Assembly (NCBI GenBank): GCA_023392615.1
Contig: JAEVYT010000011.1
Span: 25,335-89,334 of the forward strand
Source of the DNA: Bacillota bacterium
GTDB taxonomy: Bacteria > Bacillota > Clostridia > Lachnospirales > Lachnospiraceae
DNA: 64,000 nucleotides
Direction of reading: 5' to 3'
Of this stretch, positions 30,236-40,769 are shown piece after piece; the first letter of the stretch is position 1; the number at the start of each line of letters is the position of its first letter. The position numbers were made by a program, and so were the translations under genes. The notes beneath the pieces are model-generated. The model worked only from the letters and a program-made list of their open reading frames with translations, did no database searches and was not told where the DNA came from.

Positions 30236-30754
30236 TTATATTACTCTTATATATGACTCCATAATAAGATTAACTATTTCATCAATTGATCTTCCATCCG
30301 TTGCAATAATCTTATGTGCTGCTTTTTCATATATCGGTGTACGAATACTTAACATCCTCTCCACTTTTTGCTCAAGCTCTTCACCTTTTAAAAGAGGTCT
30401 CGAGGTATCTCCTTTTAGTCTTTGCACCGTTGTCTCTTTTGTTGCCTTTAAAAATACGACAAACCCCATTTTCTGTAGCTGTTCGCCATTTTGCTTACGC
30501 ATCGGTAATCCACCACCCGTAGAAAGCACATGATGTGTCATATCCACGCTCAGTTCCTTTAACAGTTCTGTCTCCAAATTGCGAAAATGCTCTTCCCCAT
30601 AAAGTGAGAATATTTGATTAATTGTTTTCGCAACCTTCTTTTCAATCATCTGATCCGAATCACAAAAGCGATAGGATAATCGCTCAGCCAGCCTTATACC
30701 AACACTGGTTTTTCCAGATCCCATAAAACCAATCAAAATTACATTATGCTTCAT
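30236..30754 (-). CDS. aroK: Shikimate kinase
   Basis: IGFMGSGKT, GEEHFR, STGGG, RPLL. Confidence 0.95.
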   Translation of the reverse strand: MKHNVILIGFMGSGKTSVGIRLAERLSYRFCDSDQMIEKKVAKTINQIFSLYGEEHFRNLETELLKELSVDMTHHVLSTGGGLPMRKQNGEQLQKMGFVVFLKATKETTVQRLKGDTSRPLLKGEELEQKVERMLSIRTPIYEKAAHKIIATDGRSIDEIVNLIMESYIRVI

Positions 30755-30793
30755 AGCGTGTACCTCATATAAACCCTTATGGTTCATTTATCT

Positions 30794-31312
30794 TTATTGT
30801 TGACTTATCTTTCCTTTTGCTAAATCTTTTCGATAATAATGTAAGACAATTCGTTCTAGCTTACGTTTTAAAACAATCTGAATTTCTTCCTTCGGATGGA
30901 TTGGTTTTACAAGATAGGTTAACATTCCTATCCTATTCGCACCAAATACGTCTGTAAACAATTGATCTCCAACAAATACTGTGTTTTCTATCGTTGTACC
31001 CATAATCTTTGTAGCTCTGATATAACTTTTCTTTGATGGTTTATTTGCCTTCTGAATGTAGTGTGCACCAATTTTTTCATTGAATCTACGCACACGTTCC
31101 CCGCTATTATTTGATATCAGGCAAGTTTCGAAGCCAATCTTCTTTAATCTTGCAAATAATGCAATTGCCCGTTCAGAAGCATCTGCACCATGTTCCACCA
31201 ATGTATTATCAATATCAAACAATATCCCACGATAACCTTCTTTATAAAGATTTTCATAATCTATATCATAGGATGTTTGTGCTAATCTCTTCGGATAAAA
31301 CCTTTTTAACAT
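30794..31312 (-). CDS. yqeG: YqeG-family HAD IIIA phosphatase
   Basis: FDIDNTL, ISNN, KP, VGDQLFTD. Confidence 0.93.
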   Translation of the reverse strand: MLKRFYPKRLAQTSYDIDYENLYKEGYRGILFDIDNTLVEHGADASERAIALFARLKKIGFETCLISNNSGERVRRFNEKIGAHYIQKANKPSKKSYIRATKIMGTTIENTVFVGDQLFTDVFGANRIGMLTYLVKPIHPKEEIQIVLKRKLERIVLHYYRKDLAKGKISQQ

Positions 31313-31530
31313 ATCGTAACTCCTATTCCTTTTTGAAATATACTTTATCTTATTTTGCTCAAATATTGCTATCCTAATCTTCATTCATTATAGCAATCGT
31401 TGGATTAATGTACAAGAAAAATCTATATTTATCCAACTAGGCTGTTCCTGTAAAATAAAAAGAACGATGTTGTCCATTTGATGTTGAAAATATAATTATT
31501 TTCAACAGGATTTCATCGTTCTTAATAATA

Positions 31531-31965
31531 TTATTGTGAAATATCTGCTGTACACTGAGGACACTTCGTAGCAGCGATATTGATATCCGACATGCAACGA
31601 GGACATTTCTTTGTTGTTGGCTCTGTAGTTGTATCCGGTTTCTTAATTTTATTCAACCACTTTACTACCAAAAATACAACAAAAGCCATAATTAAAAAGT
31701 TAATTACTCCTGATATAAATACACCGTATTTAATAACGGGAGCTTTTTGTTTGATTGCTATATCCAATGTATCATAATGTTTTCCGTTCAAAGCAATAAA
31801 CCAGTTCGTAAAATCGATCCTACTGGTAATCACGCTAAGTATAGGCATAATTACATCGTTTACCAATGAATTCACTAGACCACTGAAGGCTCCACCAATT
31901 ATGATACCGACTGCCAAATCGATCATATTACCCTTTAAAGCAAATTTTTTAAATTCTTTTAACAT
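31531..31965 (-). CDS. mscL: Large-conductance mechanosensitive channel with C-terminal CxxC..CxxC
   Basis: [35 protein letters not shown]...CPQC tail. Confidence 0.95.
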   Translation of the reverse strand: MLKEFKKFALKGNMIDLAVGIIIGGAFSGLVNSLVNDVIMPILSVITSRIDFTNWFIALNGKHYDTLDIAIKQKAPVIKYGVFISGVINFLIMAFVVFLVVKWLNKIKKPDTTTEPTTKKCPRCMSDINIAATKCPQCTADISQ

Positions 31966-32044
31966 ATCTTTCCTCCTTATGTAACTTGATGCTACTTTTT
32001 AATGAAAAGTCCTGCTTCTTCACATTTGTAATATCTTTAATCAT

Positions 32045-33058
32045 CTAAAATCTTCGAATTGAGAACAATCTTCTTGGTTGGCGATTGTTGAACGCATTTG
32101 GTACATTATTTCTTGGGATGTTAACTCTGTTATTACGTAAGTTAGTATTATTCGGGTTAAGGTTTTTATCATTTTCCTCTACCGTAGTTTCCACGACTTT
32201 GTTCACTTCAGTATTTTGAGCGATTTTAACTGAATTATTCATATCCTCTTCATCTTCTTCAATATCATCGGTAATTTTTCGTTCGGCGATATTCTTTCGT
32301 GCAACATATAGATATCGGCTAAACTGTTTGATAAAATCTTCATAAGACATCGATTCACCAATTGACGTTGACACAGCACATTGATAATAAAACTCCATAT
32401 CATTTTGCAGAAATAAATCTTTATGTTTCTCAATCACTTCTCTTTTATGTTTTAAAAACTCAAAATGCTGTCTTGTATAGTCTACTGCAAGATACGGTAT
32501 AACCACTTTTTTTAATGCCAAAGCAAGATCCGTATTATCTGCATTTCTACTAATGCCTTTCATCTGCCCTTCACTGTAATAGGTGAGTAATAATCCATTC
32601 GGCTTTAACCACGTATAAAGCTGTTCTACAAATCCTTCCACGTCGAGAGTATAGCAAACGGAATCAATAGAGATGATTGCATCAAATGAGTTCGGCGGAT
32701 ATACTTTTTCACCGATTGCACCGACATCAAAGATAAGCTTGTCATTTTCCTCTGCCCGCTTCTTTGCACTTGTAATGGCATTTTGCGAATAGTCAAATCC
32801 GTATACGGTAGTCCCTGTTTTAGAAGCAATATATTCTGCCATCTTGCCATTGCCGCACCCAACCTCTAGTACACTGTCACCGGGTTTTAATCCCGATATA
32901 AGCAACAAATCATCAATCTGCTTCTTGTCACTAAAGCCGTCTTGGGAAAAATCAATTCCATGAGTTTCTAGGCAGTATCTTGAAAAAACCTCATTATCCT
33001 CTACCATTTTATAAAAGTCCTCATACTCTTTATTAAACAGCAGCTTCGCTTTGTCCAT
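32045..33058 (-). CDS. Class I SAM-dependent methyltransferase with low-complexity tail
   Basis: VLEVGCGNG, GFDYS, FDAIIS, LKPNG. Confidence 0.88.
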   Translation of the reverse strand: MDKAKLLFNKEYEDFYKMVEDNEVFSRYCLETHGIDFSQDGFSDKKQIDDLLLISGLKPGDSVLEVGCGNGKMAEYIASKTGTTVYGFDYSQNAITSAKKRAEENDKLIFDVGAIGEKVYPPNSFDAIISIDSVCYTLDVEGFVEQLYTWLKPNGLLLTYYSEGQMKGISRNADNTDLALALKKVVIPYLAVDYTRQHFEFLKHKREVIEKHKDLFLQNDMEFYYQCAVSTSIGESMSYEDFIKQFSRYLYVARKNIAERKITDDIEEDEEDMNNSVKIAQNTEVNKVVETTVEENDKNLNPNNTNLRNNRVNIPRNNVPNAFNNRQPRRLFSIRRF

Positions 33059-33275
33059 ACTGTCATCTCCTATTTTATCAGCTATCATTATTTATATGAT
33101 TTACATATGCGTTTTGATAACAGAGATCATAAGAGGCATAAGAGAAATTTCCTGATTACAGGATATACTAGGATAGCAATAATGTAAAGAATATGGTACA
33201 ATATGTTAACAAAATACTTTTTAAGATAGTGCTTCCAATATAGTAGTTGAATGATATCTAGTAATATTTAATGAG

Positions 33276-33851
33276 GTGATTTCTATGGCTCCAACAGCAA
33301 AATATACTTCGATGTTTCCTTCATCTAAATGGTACATCATCAGAAAAATAGATCGTCTATTAAAGTATCGTACCCGCAGACCTGAGCACACAGATTATAT
33401 TGACAAGATCAGGGATGATTTGGAGGATATCTTTATCAATAACTGTGCAGGATATATCTTCTTTAACCAAAAACACTATAAAAAACTAATTCGAAAGTGG
33501 GTTTCTTCTTTCTTACATGATTACCATAAATCCGATATAAAAAATCATAACATACATGGTAATCAACTGTATGCAAATTATCTCTGGCACGCATTTTCCT
33601 ATCAACTACTTCCTTGCATAACGGATAAGCAAGCTACACTTGCCTTTGACCGCACGAATAAGACAAGCTGTTATCTGCTCCTAAATAACTCATCAATCGC
33701 ATATGAGCTTCACCATTGTGAAAAATTGACCGCTGATATTATTAATCAGTATGATGATATCCTTATCTTTGATCTAGACTTTACCTGGTGCTATTGTCAC
33801 ACTCACGAAGCCTATTGTGGCCCATACTTTTATCAAAAAACGGATGAATAG
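33276..33851 (+). CDS. Hypothetical protein (DUF4275-like)
   Basis: YLWHAFSY and DFTWCYCHTHE..CGPYF motifs. Confidence 0.7.
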   Translation: MISMAPTAKYTSMFPSSKWYIIRKIDRLLKYRTRRPEHTDYIDKIRDDLEDIFINNCAGYIFFNQKHYKKLIRKWVSSFLHDYHKSDIKNHNIHGNQLYANYLWHAFSYQLLPCITDKQATLAFDRTNKTSCYLLLNNSSIAYELHHCEKLTADIINQYDDILIFDLDFTWCYCHTHEAYCGPYFYQKTDE

Positions 33852-33872
33852 CAATGTGAAACCTTCACATTG

Positions 33873-34430
33873 CTATTCATCCGTTATCTTTTTCTCATAT
33901 ACGGCGCAATCATAATAACTTCCGTCCTTGCGAATTCCTACTCCATACTCATACTTTAAAAAGCGCATACCTGCCTTTTGCATAACACGACCAGAGGCGA
34001 TGTTTTGCACATCATGCTTTGCTATGATACGCTGATATCCCACTTCATAAAACAAAAAATGCATTACCACATGCAGCGATTCGGTCATAATTCCTCTGCC
34101 CCAATATTCTTTCCCTAAGCAATAACCAACTTCGCAGGTCATAGTCGACTCATCTGTAAACTCTACACTTATCGTTCCGATCGCCATCTGTTTCAGTTTC
34201 AATTCAATCGCCCACACATAAGTGCTGTCTCTCTGATACGAACTTAACCAATATGTAATTCTTCTTTGAGATACATAGACATCCTGATGTGGCCCCCAGG
34301 ATAAATATTTGCATACTTCCGGATCCCCTGACCAATTACGAAACATATCTTCTGCATCATCCGTTTGAAATTTTCGTAACTTTAGTCGCATCGTCTCAAT
34401 CGACTGTGTTCCTAAATGATGTAACTGCAT
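33873..34430 (-). CDS. RimJ/RimL-type GNAT acetyltransferase
   Basis: ETMRLKLR, EVGYCLGKEYWGRGIMTE, NIASGRVMQKAGM. Confidence 0.92.
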   Translation of the reverse strand: MQLHHLGTQSIETMRLKLRKFQTDDAEDMFRNWSGDPEVCKYLSWGPHQDVYVSQRRITYWLSSYQRDSTYVWAIELKLKQMAIGTISVEFTDESTMTCEVGYCLGKEYWGRGIMTESLHVVMHFLFYEVGYQRIIAKHDVQNIASGRVMQKAGMRFLKYEYGVGIRKDGSYYDCAVYEKKITDE

Positions 34431-34509
34431 TTCCTCACCTCTAAGAAAATACCTATACAGGGACGAACTTAATTATGACTGTCAGATGTTGATTCATTCG
34501 ATAGTTCCA

Positions 34510-34725
34510 TAATTAATTATTGCAATCTGAGCAAATGTATGCTTTGTGCCTTACTCTTAATACTTCGCAGTGTACTAATACAATTCCATTCTTCTTTTCG
34601 ATCTTTTTATTCGATACAGTAAAACGGATTCACTCACCTTGCGGAAGCCAAAAACAAGCGTCCTATTATTAAGATTTGGCACTGATTCAACCTAGCCATA
34701 ATCAAACTAATTGGACACTTGTTTA
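34510..34725 (-). pseudogene. Decayed small Cys-containing gene remnant
   Basis: Fragments NKCP..., CFWLPQGE*IRF..KKIEKKNGIVL..KAYICSDC in broken frames. Confidence 0.35.
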
Positions 34726-34833
34726 TTCTTTGTTATATTTATGATATAACCATGATTAGTTACCCTTAATGTGTTATATCTTCTCGTTCATACAACTTTT
34801 ATTTAGCTAGCTATGATACTATCAGAAAATCTC

Positions 34834-37218
34834 TTATTTTCTAATCTCAAGTCCCTTGGTAGCTAAGATTGCAAGCAATTCATCCACCATTGTCTGAATC
34901 TCCTGGCCTTCAAGCGTTCTTTCTTTTGAACCGAATTCAAAACGTACGGTAACACTTTTCTTACCTGGCAGAAGTTTTTCATCCTCAAAGATGTCTACTA
35001 GTCGGTATCCCTGAAGATATTCAGATTTATACTCCTTAACGTAAGATCCAATATTCTCATAGCGAAGAGTCTTATCTGCTAGAAGGCTTAAGTCTATGGT
35101 CACACCCGGATATTTGGATACTTCACTGTAACGAAGGCTTTCTGCTGCCAAGTTCTCAAGGCTTTCTACATCGATTTCAGCAAATGCAACATTAAGCTTC
35201 TTATCAATCTTATTCTTGATTTTAGGATTAATTACTGAGAAGAAACCGATCTCTTCGCCCTTTACAATGATACTTGCGCTATTTACTGGATGAATATAAT
35301 TGTATTTCCCAAGCTCTTCCTTTAACTGATAAGTCGGAGTCACATTCTTGATTGCAGCTACTAACTGTTCAATAATCTCTTTGCATTTAAAATAAATCTC
35401 TTTATCGGAAAGCTTCTTGCTTGCGATTGCTATACCAAGTCTCTTTCGCTCATTACACAGTCCATCTTCTTTTAAGCCATCTGCAACACGTCCAATTTCA
35501 TACATTCCCATCTCAGGATAAGTATCTGCATTCTTAGCAACAAATCCCAATAAAGAAGGAATGATTGTTGAACGAATAGTATCATTCTCTGCAGTCACTG
35601 AGTTAATTACACGAATATTTGGCTCAGTTACAATACCGAGTTCTTTATTTGTTTTGCTTTCATACCAGATATAGCTGTGAACTTCATTCATCGCATAACG
35701 CTCCGATAAGATCTGCTTCATACGGTACTCATTATCTCTTGCCACATCGTGACGAACCGGTGTTAAGAAGCTCTTCGTAGATTGAATCTCAAAGTTATCA
35801 TAACCGTAGATACGGGTGATCTCTTCAATGATATCTGCTTTTATGGTAACATCCTTGGTTGCTCTCCAAGACGGAACCACAACACTAAATTCATCTCCCT
35901 TACGAGTAAGCCCAAAGCCAAGTGCGGTAAGTGTTTCCTCAATTTGGTCGGAGGAGATATCAATACCGGTATATTTATCTACATAAGCCTTATCAAATTC
36001 AATTGTGATTGTATCATAATGCTTTACATACTCATCCGTAAGAGAAGAGGTCACCTGTACATCAGGATCAATATCCTGTAATAATTTCACAAAACGTCCG
36101 ATTGCAGGAACGGTAAGTTCCGGATCAATAATCTTCTCATATCTAGAACTTGCATCCGTACGAAGTCCCAGACGTGTTGCAGATTTACGAACGGATACGC
36201 CATCAAAATTAGCGGATTCTAATAATACGGAATTTGTATCGTCTGTTATTTCAGATAACTCGCCGCCCATAATTCCGGCAATTGCAACCGGTTCCTTCTC
36301 ATCACAGATTAAAAGCGTATCATTATCCACCTTACGCTCAACGCTGTCTAAAGTTAAGAAATCAACTGTTTCCGGATAAGTTTTGACACGAATTTTAGAT
36401 ACCTTCTTATTATCAAAGGCATGCATCGGCTGACCAAGCTCCATCATCAGATAGTTAGTAAGATCCGCAAGTAAATTAATCGGTCTCATACCGCAATAAG
36501 TAAGACGGATTCTCATGTTGATTGGAGACTTCTTCTCTGTAATGTTACTGATGGAAAGACAACTATAACGATAACATTTATCTACATTCTCTACCTTTAC
36601 ATCAATTCCCGGTAAATTTTTATAGATACTTGTATCTACAACCTCAAGTGGCTTTAACTCTCTTTTCGTCAATACTGCGATTTCTCTTGCAATTCCGTAA
36701 TGTCCCCATAAATCAGGGCGGTTTGTTAAGGATTTATTATCCACTTCAAATACGGTATCATTCAGCTGCATAAAGGTCTTGATATCTGTTCCGAGCGGAT
36801 AGATATCTTCTAGTATCATCAAACCAGAATTTTCTTCGCTAACGCCCAATTCCTTCTCTGAGCAGCACATACCATGACTAATCTCTCCTGCAATCTTAGC
36901 TTCCATGATCTGCATATCTCCAACCTGACCACCAAGCTTTGCAAAGGGAACCACTGCACCCACAAATACATTCGGTGCACCACATACACAGCCTACCACT
37001 TCACTACCGATATCAACTTTTAATAAGTGAAGTTTCTTAGAGTTTGGATGATCGTTGATTTCAATAATCTTACCAACTACAACATCCCTAACCTTTGTTC
37101 CATATTCATATATATCTTCAACCTCAGCAGTGGATAATGTAAATCTGCCGATTAACTCTTTTAAATTAATACCGGATAAGTCAGTGAATTCTGAAATCCA
37201 ATTCATTGATATTAACAT
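34834..37218 (-). CDS. pheT: Phenylalanine--tRNA ligase beta subunit
   Basis: HPNSKKL, CGAPN, NRPDL, GQPMHAFD, EEITRIYGY, FDX-ACB C-terminus. Confidence 0.97.
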   Translation of the reverse strand: MLISMNWISEFTDLSGINLKELIGRFTLSTAEVEDIYEYGTKVRDVVVGKIIEINDHPNSKKLHLLKVDIGSEVVGCVCGAPNVFVGAVVPFAKLGGQVGDMQIMEAKIAGEISHGMCCSEKELGVSEENSGLMILEDIYPLGTDIKTFMQLNDTVFEVDNKSLTNRPDLWGHYGIAREIAVLTKRELKPLEVVDTSIYKNLPGIDVKVENVDKCYRYSCLSISNITEKKSPINMRIRLTYCGMRPINLLADLTNYLMMELGQPMHAFDNKKVSKIRVKTYPETVDFLTLDSVERKVDNDTLLICDEKEPVAIAGIMGGELSEITDDTNSVLLESANFDGVSVRKSATRLGLRTDASSRYEKIIDPELTVPAIGRFVKLLQDIDPDVQVTSSLTDEYVKHYDTITIEFDKAYVDKYTGIDISSDQIEETLTALGFGLTRKGDEFSVVVPSWRATKDVTIKADIIEEITRIYGYDNFEIQSTKSFLTPVRHDVARDNEYRMKQILSERYAMNEVHSYIWYESKTNKELGIVTEPNIRVINSVTAENDTIRSTIIPSLLGFVAKNADTYPEMGMYEIGRVADGLKEDGLCNERKRLGIAIASKKLSDKEIYFKCKEIIEQLVAAIKNVTPTYQLKEELGKYNYIHPVNSASIIVKGEEIGFFSVINPKIKNKIDKKLNVAFAEIDVESLENLAAESLRYSEVSKYPGVTIDLSLLADKTLRYENIGSYVKEYKSEYLQGYRLVDIFEDEKLLPGKKSVTVRFEFGSKERTLEGQEIQTMVDELLAILATKGLEIRK

Positions 37219-37263
37219 TCTTCATTTCCTCCATTCTTTCGCTCATAGCGACATTGATATATT

Positions 37264-38310
37264 CTACACCGTAAACTGCTTCAGCTGCTTTAAATTACCG
37301 CTGTTGAACAAACGAATGTCCTTAATGTTGTATTTCATCATTGCAAGTCTGGTTAAACCAAGTCCGAATGCAAAGCCGGTGTATTTGTCAGGATCAATAC
37401 CACCAAGACGAAGTACGTTCGGATGAATCATGCCGCAAGGAAGAAGTTCTAACCAACCGGAGTTCTTACAGGTAGGACAACCGGAACCACCACAGATTGC
37501 ACAGTTGATATCAAGCTCAAAACCCGGTTCCACGAACGGGAAGAATCCCGGTCTTAAACGAACCTTTACATCTCTTTGGAACACTTCGGTTAAGAGAACC
37601 TTCATAAAATAAATCAAGTTGGAGATGGAGATATCATCACCAATCATCATGCCCTCTAACTGGAAAAAGGTGTTCTCATGGCTGGCATCAATATTCTCAT
37701 TACGGAAGCATCTACCTGGGAATAAAACCTTTAAAGGTTCACCCGGCTTAGGAGCACCGTATTTTCTCATAATCGTGTTCTGTGCTGCGGAGGTATGAGT
37801 CTTCAGTAACTGTCCATTATCGAGATAGTAGGTATCTGTCATATCTCTGGCAGGATGGTTCTTTGGAATGTTAACCCCCTCAAAGTTATTGAACTCAGTC
37901 TGTATCTCAAGACCATCTTCTATAATGAAACCCATCGTCTTAAAGATATCTTCAATCTGTTTCTGAACGATAGTAATCGGATGCATGGTACCTACTGCCT
38001 TATCGGATGGTATGGAGAAGTCATAACGCTCCGTATTTTCGATCTCTCTTAAATACTCCTGCTCTTCTAAGGTTTTCTGATGATTTACGATTGCATTCTC
38101 AATCTCATTCTTAAGCATATTCACCTGCATACCTGCAGTCTTCTTTGCTTCTACATCCAGGTTACGAAGATCCTTTAACACTTCGGTTACAAGACCCTTT
38201 TTACCAAGGAAGGCAACTCTGATTCGTTCTAGCTCATCTTTAAGCTTTGCACTGTTCAATTCATTTTGAAACTGCGCTTTGATTTTCTCTAAATTCTCTA
38301 ACATTTTCAT
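37264..38310 (-). CDS. pheS: Phenylalanine--tRNA ligase alpha subunit
   Basis: HPARDM, THTS, FFPFVEP, GFAFGLG. Confidence 0.97.
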   Translation of the reverse strand: MKMLENLEKIKAQFQNELNSAKLKDELERIRVAFLGKKGLVTEVLKDLRNLDVEAKKTAGMQVNMLKNEIENAIVNHQKTLEEQEYLREIENTERYDFSIPSDKAVGTMHPITIVQKQIEDIFKTMGFIIEDGLEIQTEFNNFEGVNIPKNHPARDMTDTYYLDNGQLLKTHTSAAQNTIMRKYGAPKPGEPLKVLFPGRCFRNENIDASHENTFFQLEGMMIGDDISISNLIYFMKVLLTEVFQRDVKVRLRPGFFPFVEPGFELDINCAICGGSGCPTCKNSGWLELLPCGMIHPNVLRLGGIDPDKYTGFAFGLGLTRLAMMKYNIKDIRLFNSGNLKQLKQFTV

Positions 38311-38382
38311 TCCTCCTAAATTTATTTTCTAATTGCTATTCTAAATGATTATCTCAACATCATGTATACTAAATTCATTACT

Positions 38383-38422
38383 CTATCCACAGGGCGAATG
38401 TTTTTTCATGCGTTTATCCACA
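38383..38422 (+). promoter_or_regulatory. Pair of DnaA-box-like 9-mers
   Basis: CTATCCACA at 38383 and TTATCCACA at 38414 (31-bp spacing). Confidence 0.4.
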
Positions 38423-38484
38423 ATCTTGACCCTGAATTCCAGTTTATAAACATACAACAGCATGAAGTCGTTGATTTAATATCC

Positions 38485-38758
38485 AGTCGTTGGTGCTTAG
38501 GCTGCGTACTTTGCGGCCTTATGCACCACTACGTACTTCATCCAAGTGGGAGCGTGTTGCATATGAAATATGTTTCCAGCATTTATTCTGCTTTTTTATG
38601 CATCTCTTTCACTATCTATCGCTCAAGACATGTGTAACATCTTTTCATTAGCAACTGTATGAAGTCGTTGGTGCTTAGGCTGCGTACTTTGCGGCCTTAT
38701 GCACCACTACGTACTTCATCCAAGCGGGAGCGTGTTGCATATGAAATATGTTACACAT
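38485..38758. repeat. Two direct copies of a palindromic element
   Basis: 38485-38574 and 38663-38752 match at 89/90; copy 2 is bounded by the 11-bp IR atgtgtaacat/atgttacacat (38630-38758). Confidence 0.92.
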
Positions 38759-38774
38759 TTCTTGTCACAGAATT

Positions 38775-39005
38775 GCATAAAAAAAGCCCCCGTCTCCAAA
38801 GGGACGAAAGCATCGTGGTACCACCCAAATTCAAGCCTCAAGCAAGGCTCCTCAAAAGTTGTAACGGAACTGAACCGGCCTTTCTTTCAAAAGGCAACTC
38901 CGGTGTCGAACTTCGCGATATATCCGAACCCTGAACTTGCTCTCAGCCGGTGACAAGTTCTCTCTGGCGGGAAAATATATGCTACTGAATTCACCATCAA
39001 TGTTG
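38775..39005 (-). ncRNA. T-box riboswitch (Phe, UUC specifier) with terminator
   Basis: AGAGAG and GGCTGAGA stem I motifs, GAAG-UUC-GA specifier loop, AATTTGGGTGGTACCACG T-box, GC hairpin plus U-run. Confidence 0.93.
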
Positions 39006-39022
39006 ATATCTATTTTTATCCT

Positions 39023-39051
39023 ATATTAATCGACTATTATGCCATTGTCAA
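39023..39051 (-). promoter_or_regulatory. SigA promoter of T-box-pheST
   Basis: TTGACA-17 bp-TAATAT. Confidence 0.7.
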
Positions 39052-39176
39052 GAGTAGGAATTAAAAATCGTGCATTTTCATAGCTTACTATGCTTATAAA
39101 ACCTTTAAAATTATACTGTCAGACTCTTATGATACAATAAATTATATAATTCATTTATAAGTTATTGTATGCATTA

Positions 39177-39551
39177 TTATTCTTGATACGGTTGAACATG
39201 TTCTGCTTTTGATTGAAATTCCTTCAACGAGATAATCTCATTCTTATTATTAAATTCAATGATTGAAACTCCATCAAAGCCTGCAACATTATTTTCATAA
39301 TCACATTCAAAATACCATTCAACAGTATAAATATGTTCTTGATGTAGAATTTGTTTTATTCTCCATACTAACACACTTCCTACCTTATTCCATTCAGAAA
39401 ACCACTGCTTTATCTGCTTAATACCATTATACTCCGGTCCGTAACATTCACTATAATAAATATTTTGATGAAAATAATTCTCCAAGTTAGATGCATCCTT
39501 CTTCACCCATGCATTAAAATAGCTTCTTATGATTTCTTCTCTTTCCCCCAT
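39177..39551 (-). CDS. NTF2/SnoaL-like protein
   Basis: YFNAW, YSECYGPEY.G, VEWYF, FDGVS, LKEF. Confidence 0.85.
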   Translation of the reverse strand: MGEREEIIRSYFNAWVKKDASNLENYFHQNIYYSECYGPEYNGIKQIKQWFSEWNKVGSVLVWRIKQILHQEHIYTVEWYFECDYENNVAGFDGVSIIEFNNKNEIISLKEFQSKAEHVQPYQE

Positions 39552-39930
39552 TATAACCTCCTAAATACTTTTGCAACGTTATTATTTTATAATATGTTAT
39601 CTACCGAACATATCAACGATATATTAACTTTTTATGTTATAGCATTCTTTTTATTCTGCATAATATTTAACAATTCAATTTCTCCCCATATAATACCATG
39701 TTATATATGTATTTACAACACACGCAGATTGTAAAAACCTTTCCTGTAGCTATCTCTTGTTTCTACTACAATTATACTTATCCCATTCTATCAAGTACGG
39801 TAAGTTTAAACATTAATATCATTAATGTAATAAATTATTATTGGGAATTTAAATGTAAATATGATAATATTTGTATAAGTGTACATAAAGACTACACAAC
39901 AAATATTTATGATAATACAAGGGTGATGAG

Positions 39931-40611
39931 ATGGAATATAGTTTACTTATTGTAGAGGATGAGAAAAACTTAAGAAGAGTAGTCTCTGATTATTTTACTG
40001 CACGAGATTTTCATGTAGATACTGCAGTTCATGGATTAGAAGCACTGGATTATATTAACCAAAGGGTTTATGACATTATTATTCTAGATATAATGATGCC
40101 TGAGATGGACGGCATCGAAGTGTGCAAATATATCAGAAAAAAATATGATGTACCAGTGATTTTTCTTACTGCACTATGCAATGAAGAAAGTATCGTGGGT
40201 GGATATGATATAGGGGCGGATGAATATATGACAAAGCCGTTCTCCCTCACCGTGTTGGAAGCAAAGATACGGGTGCTGATCAAACGATACCGAGGATTAC
40301 TGGTTCAAGATGGTGTTATACGCATTAACAACCTTCAGATCGAACCTTCCAAAAGGATGGTTTCTGCTAACGGTATCGTTATTAACTTAGCACCTAAAGA
40401 ATATGACTTACTGATATATCTAATTGAAAATAAAAACCAAGTACTATCAAGAGAGCAAATTCTTAACAGGGTATGGGGTCCTGAATTCGAAGGATATGAC
40501 CGAGCAGTTGATACCCATATTAAAAAGCTTCGTTCTGCACTAGGAGAAAATAGTAATCCTATCACCACAATTATTAAATCAGGTTATGTGTGGAAGGATA
40601 ATATAAATTAA
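39931..40611 (+). CDS. OmpR/PhoB-family response regulator (orphan)
   Basis: VEDE, LDIMMP, FLTA, KPF; wHTH RAVDTHIKKLR. Confidence 0.93.
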   Translation: MEYSLLIVEDEKNLRRVVSDYFTARDFHVDTAVHGLEALDYINQRVYDIIILDIMMPEMDGIEVCKYIRKKYDVPVIFLTALCNEESIVGGYDIGADEYMTKPFSLTVLEAKIRVLIKRYRGLLVQDGVIRINNLQIEPSKRMVSANGIVINLAPKEYDLLIYLIENKNQVLSREQILNRVWGPEFEGYDRAVDTHIKKLRSALGENSNPITTIIKSGYVWKDNIN

Positions 40612-40769
40612 AAATAATGCATTCATGATACACGTCTCGTTTGTGACTTTCATTTCTAATTTATAATATTCTTCCTTTCTCCCTTTCCCATTGTGTCATA
40701 ATATGTTAGAATAGGGACTAATTATTAAAAGTAGCAATTGACATTCTCATAACGTTAGGAGTTGCACAC

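Noticed and set aside
38485..38752. CRISPR array
   Set aside because: Only two 90-bp copies, wrong size, no cas genes
38362..38953. Three + strand ORFs with repeated peptides
   Set aside because: Artefacts of the duplicated element and the T-box antisense strand
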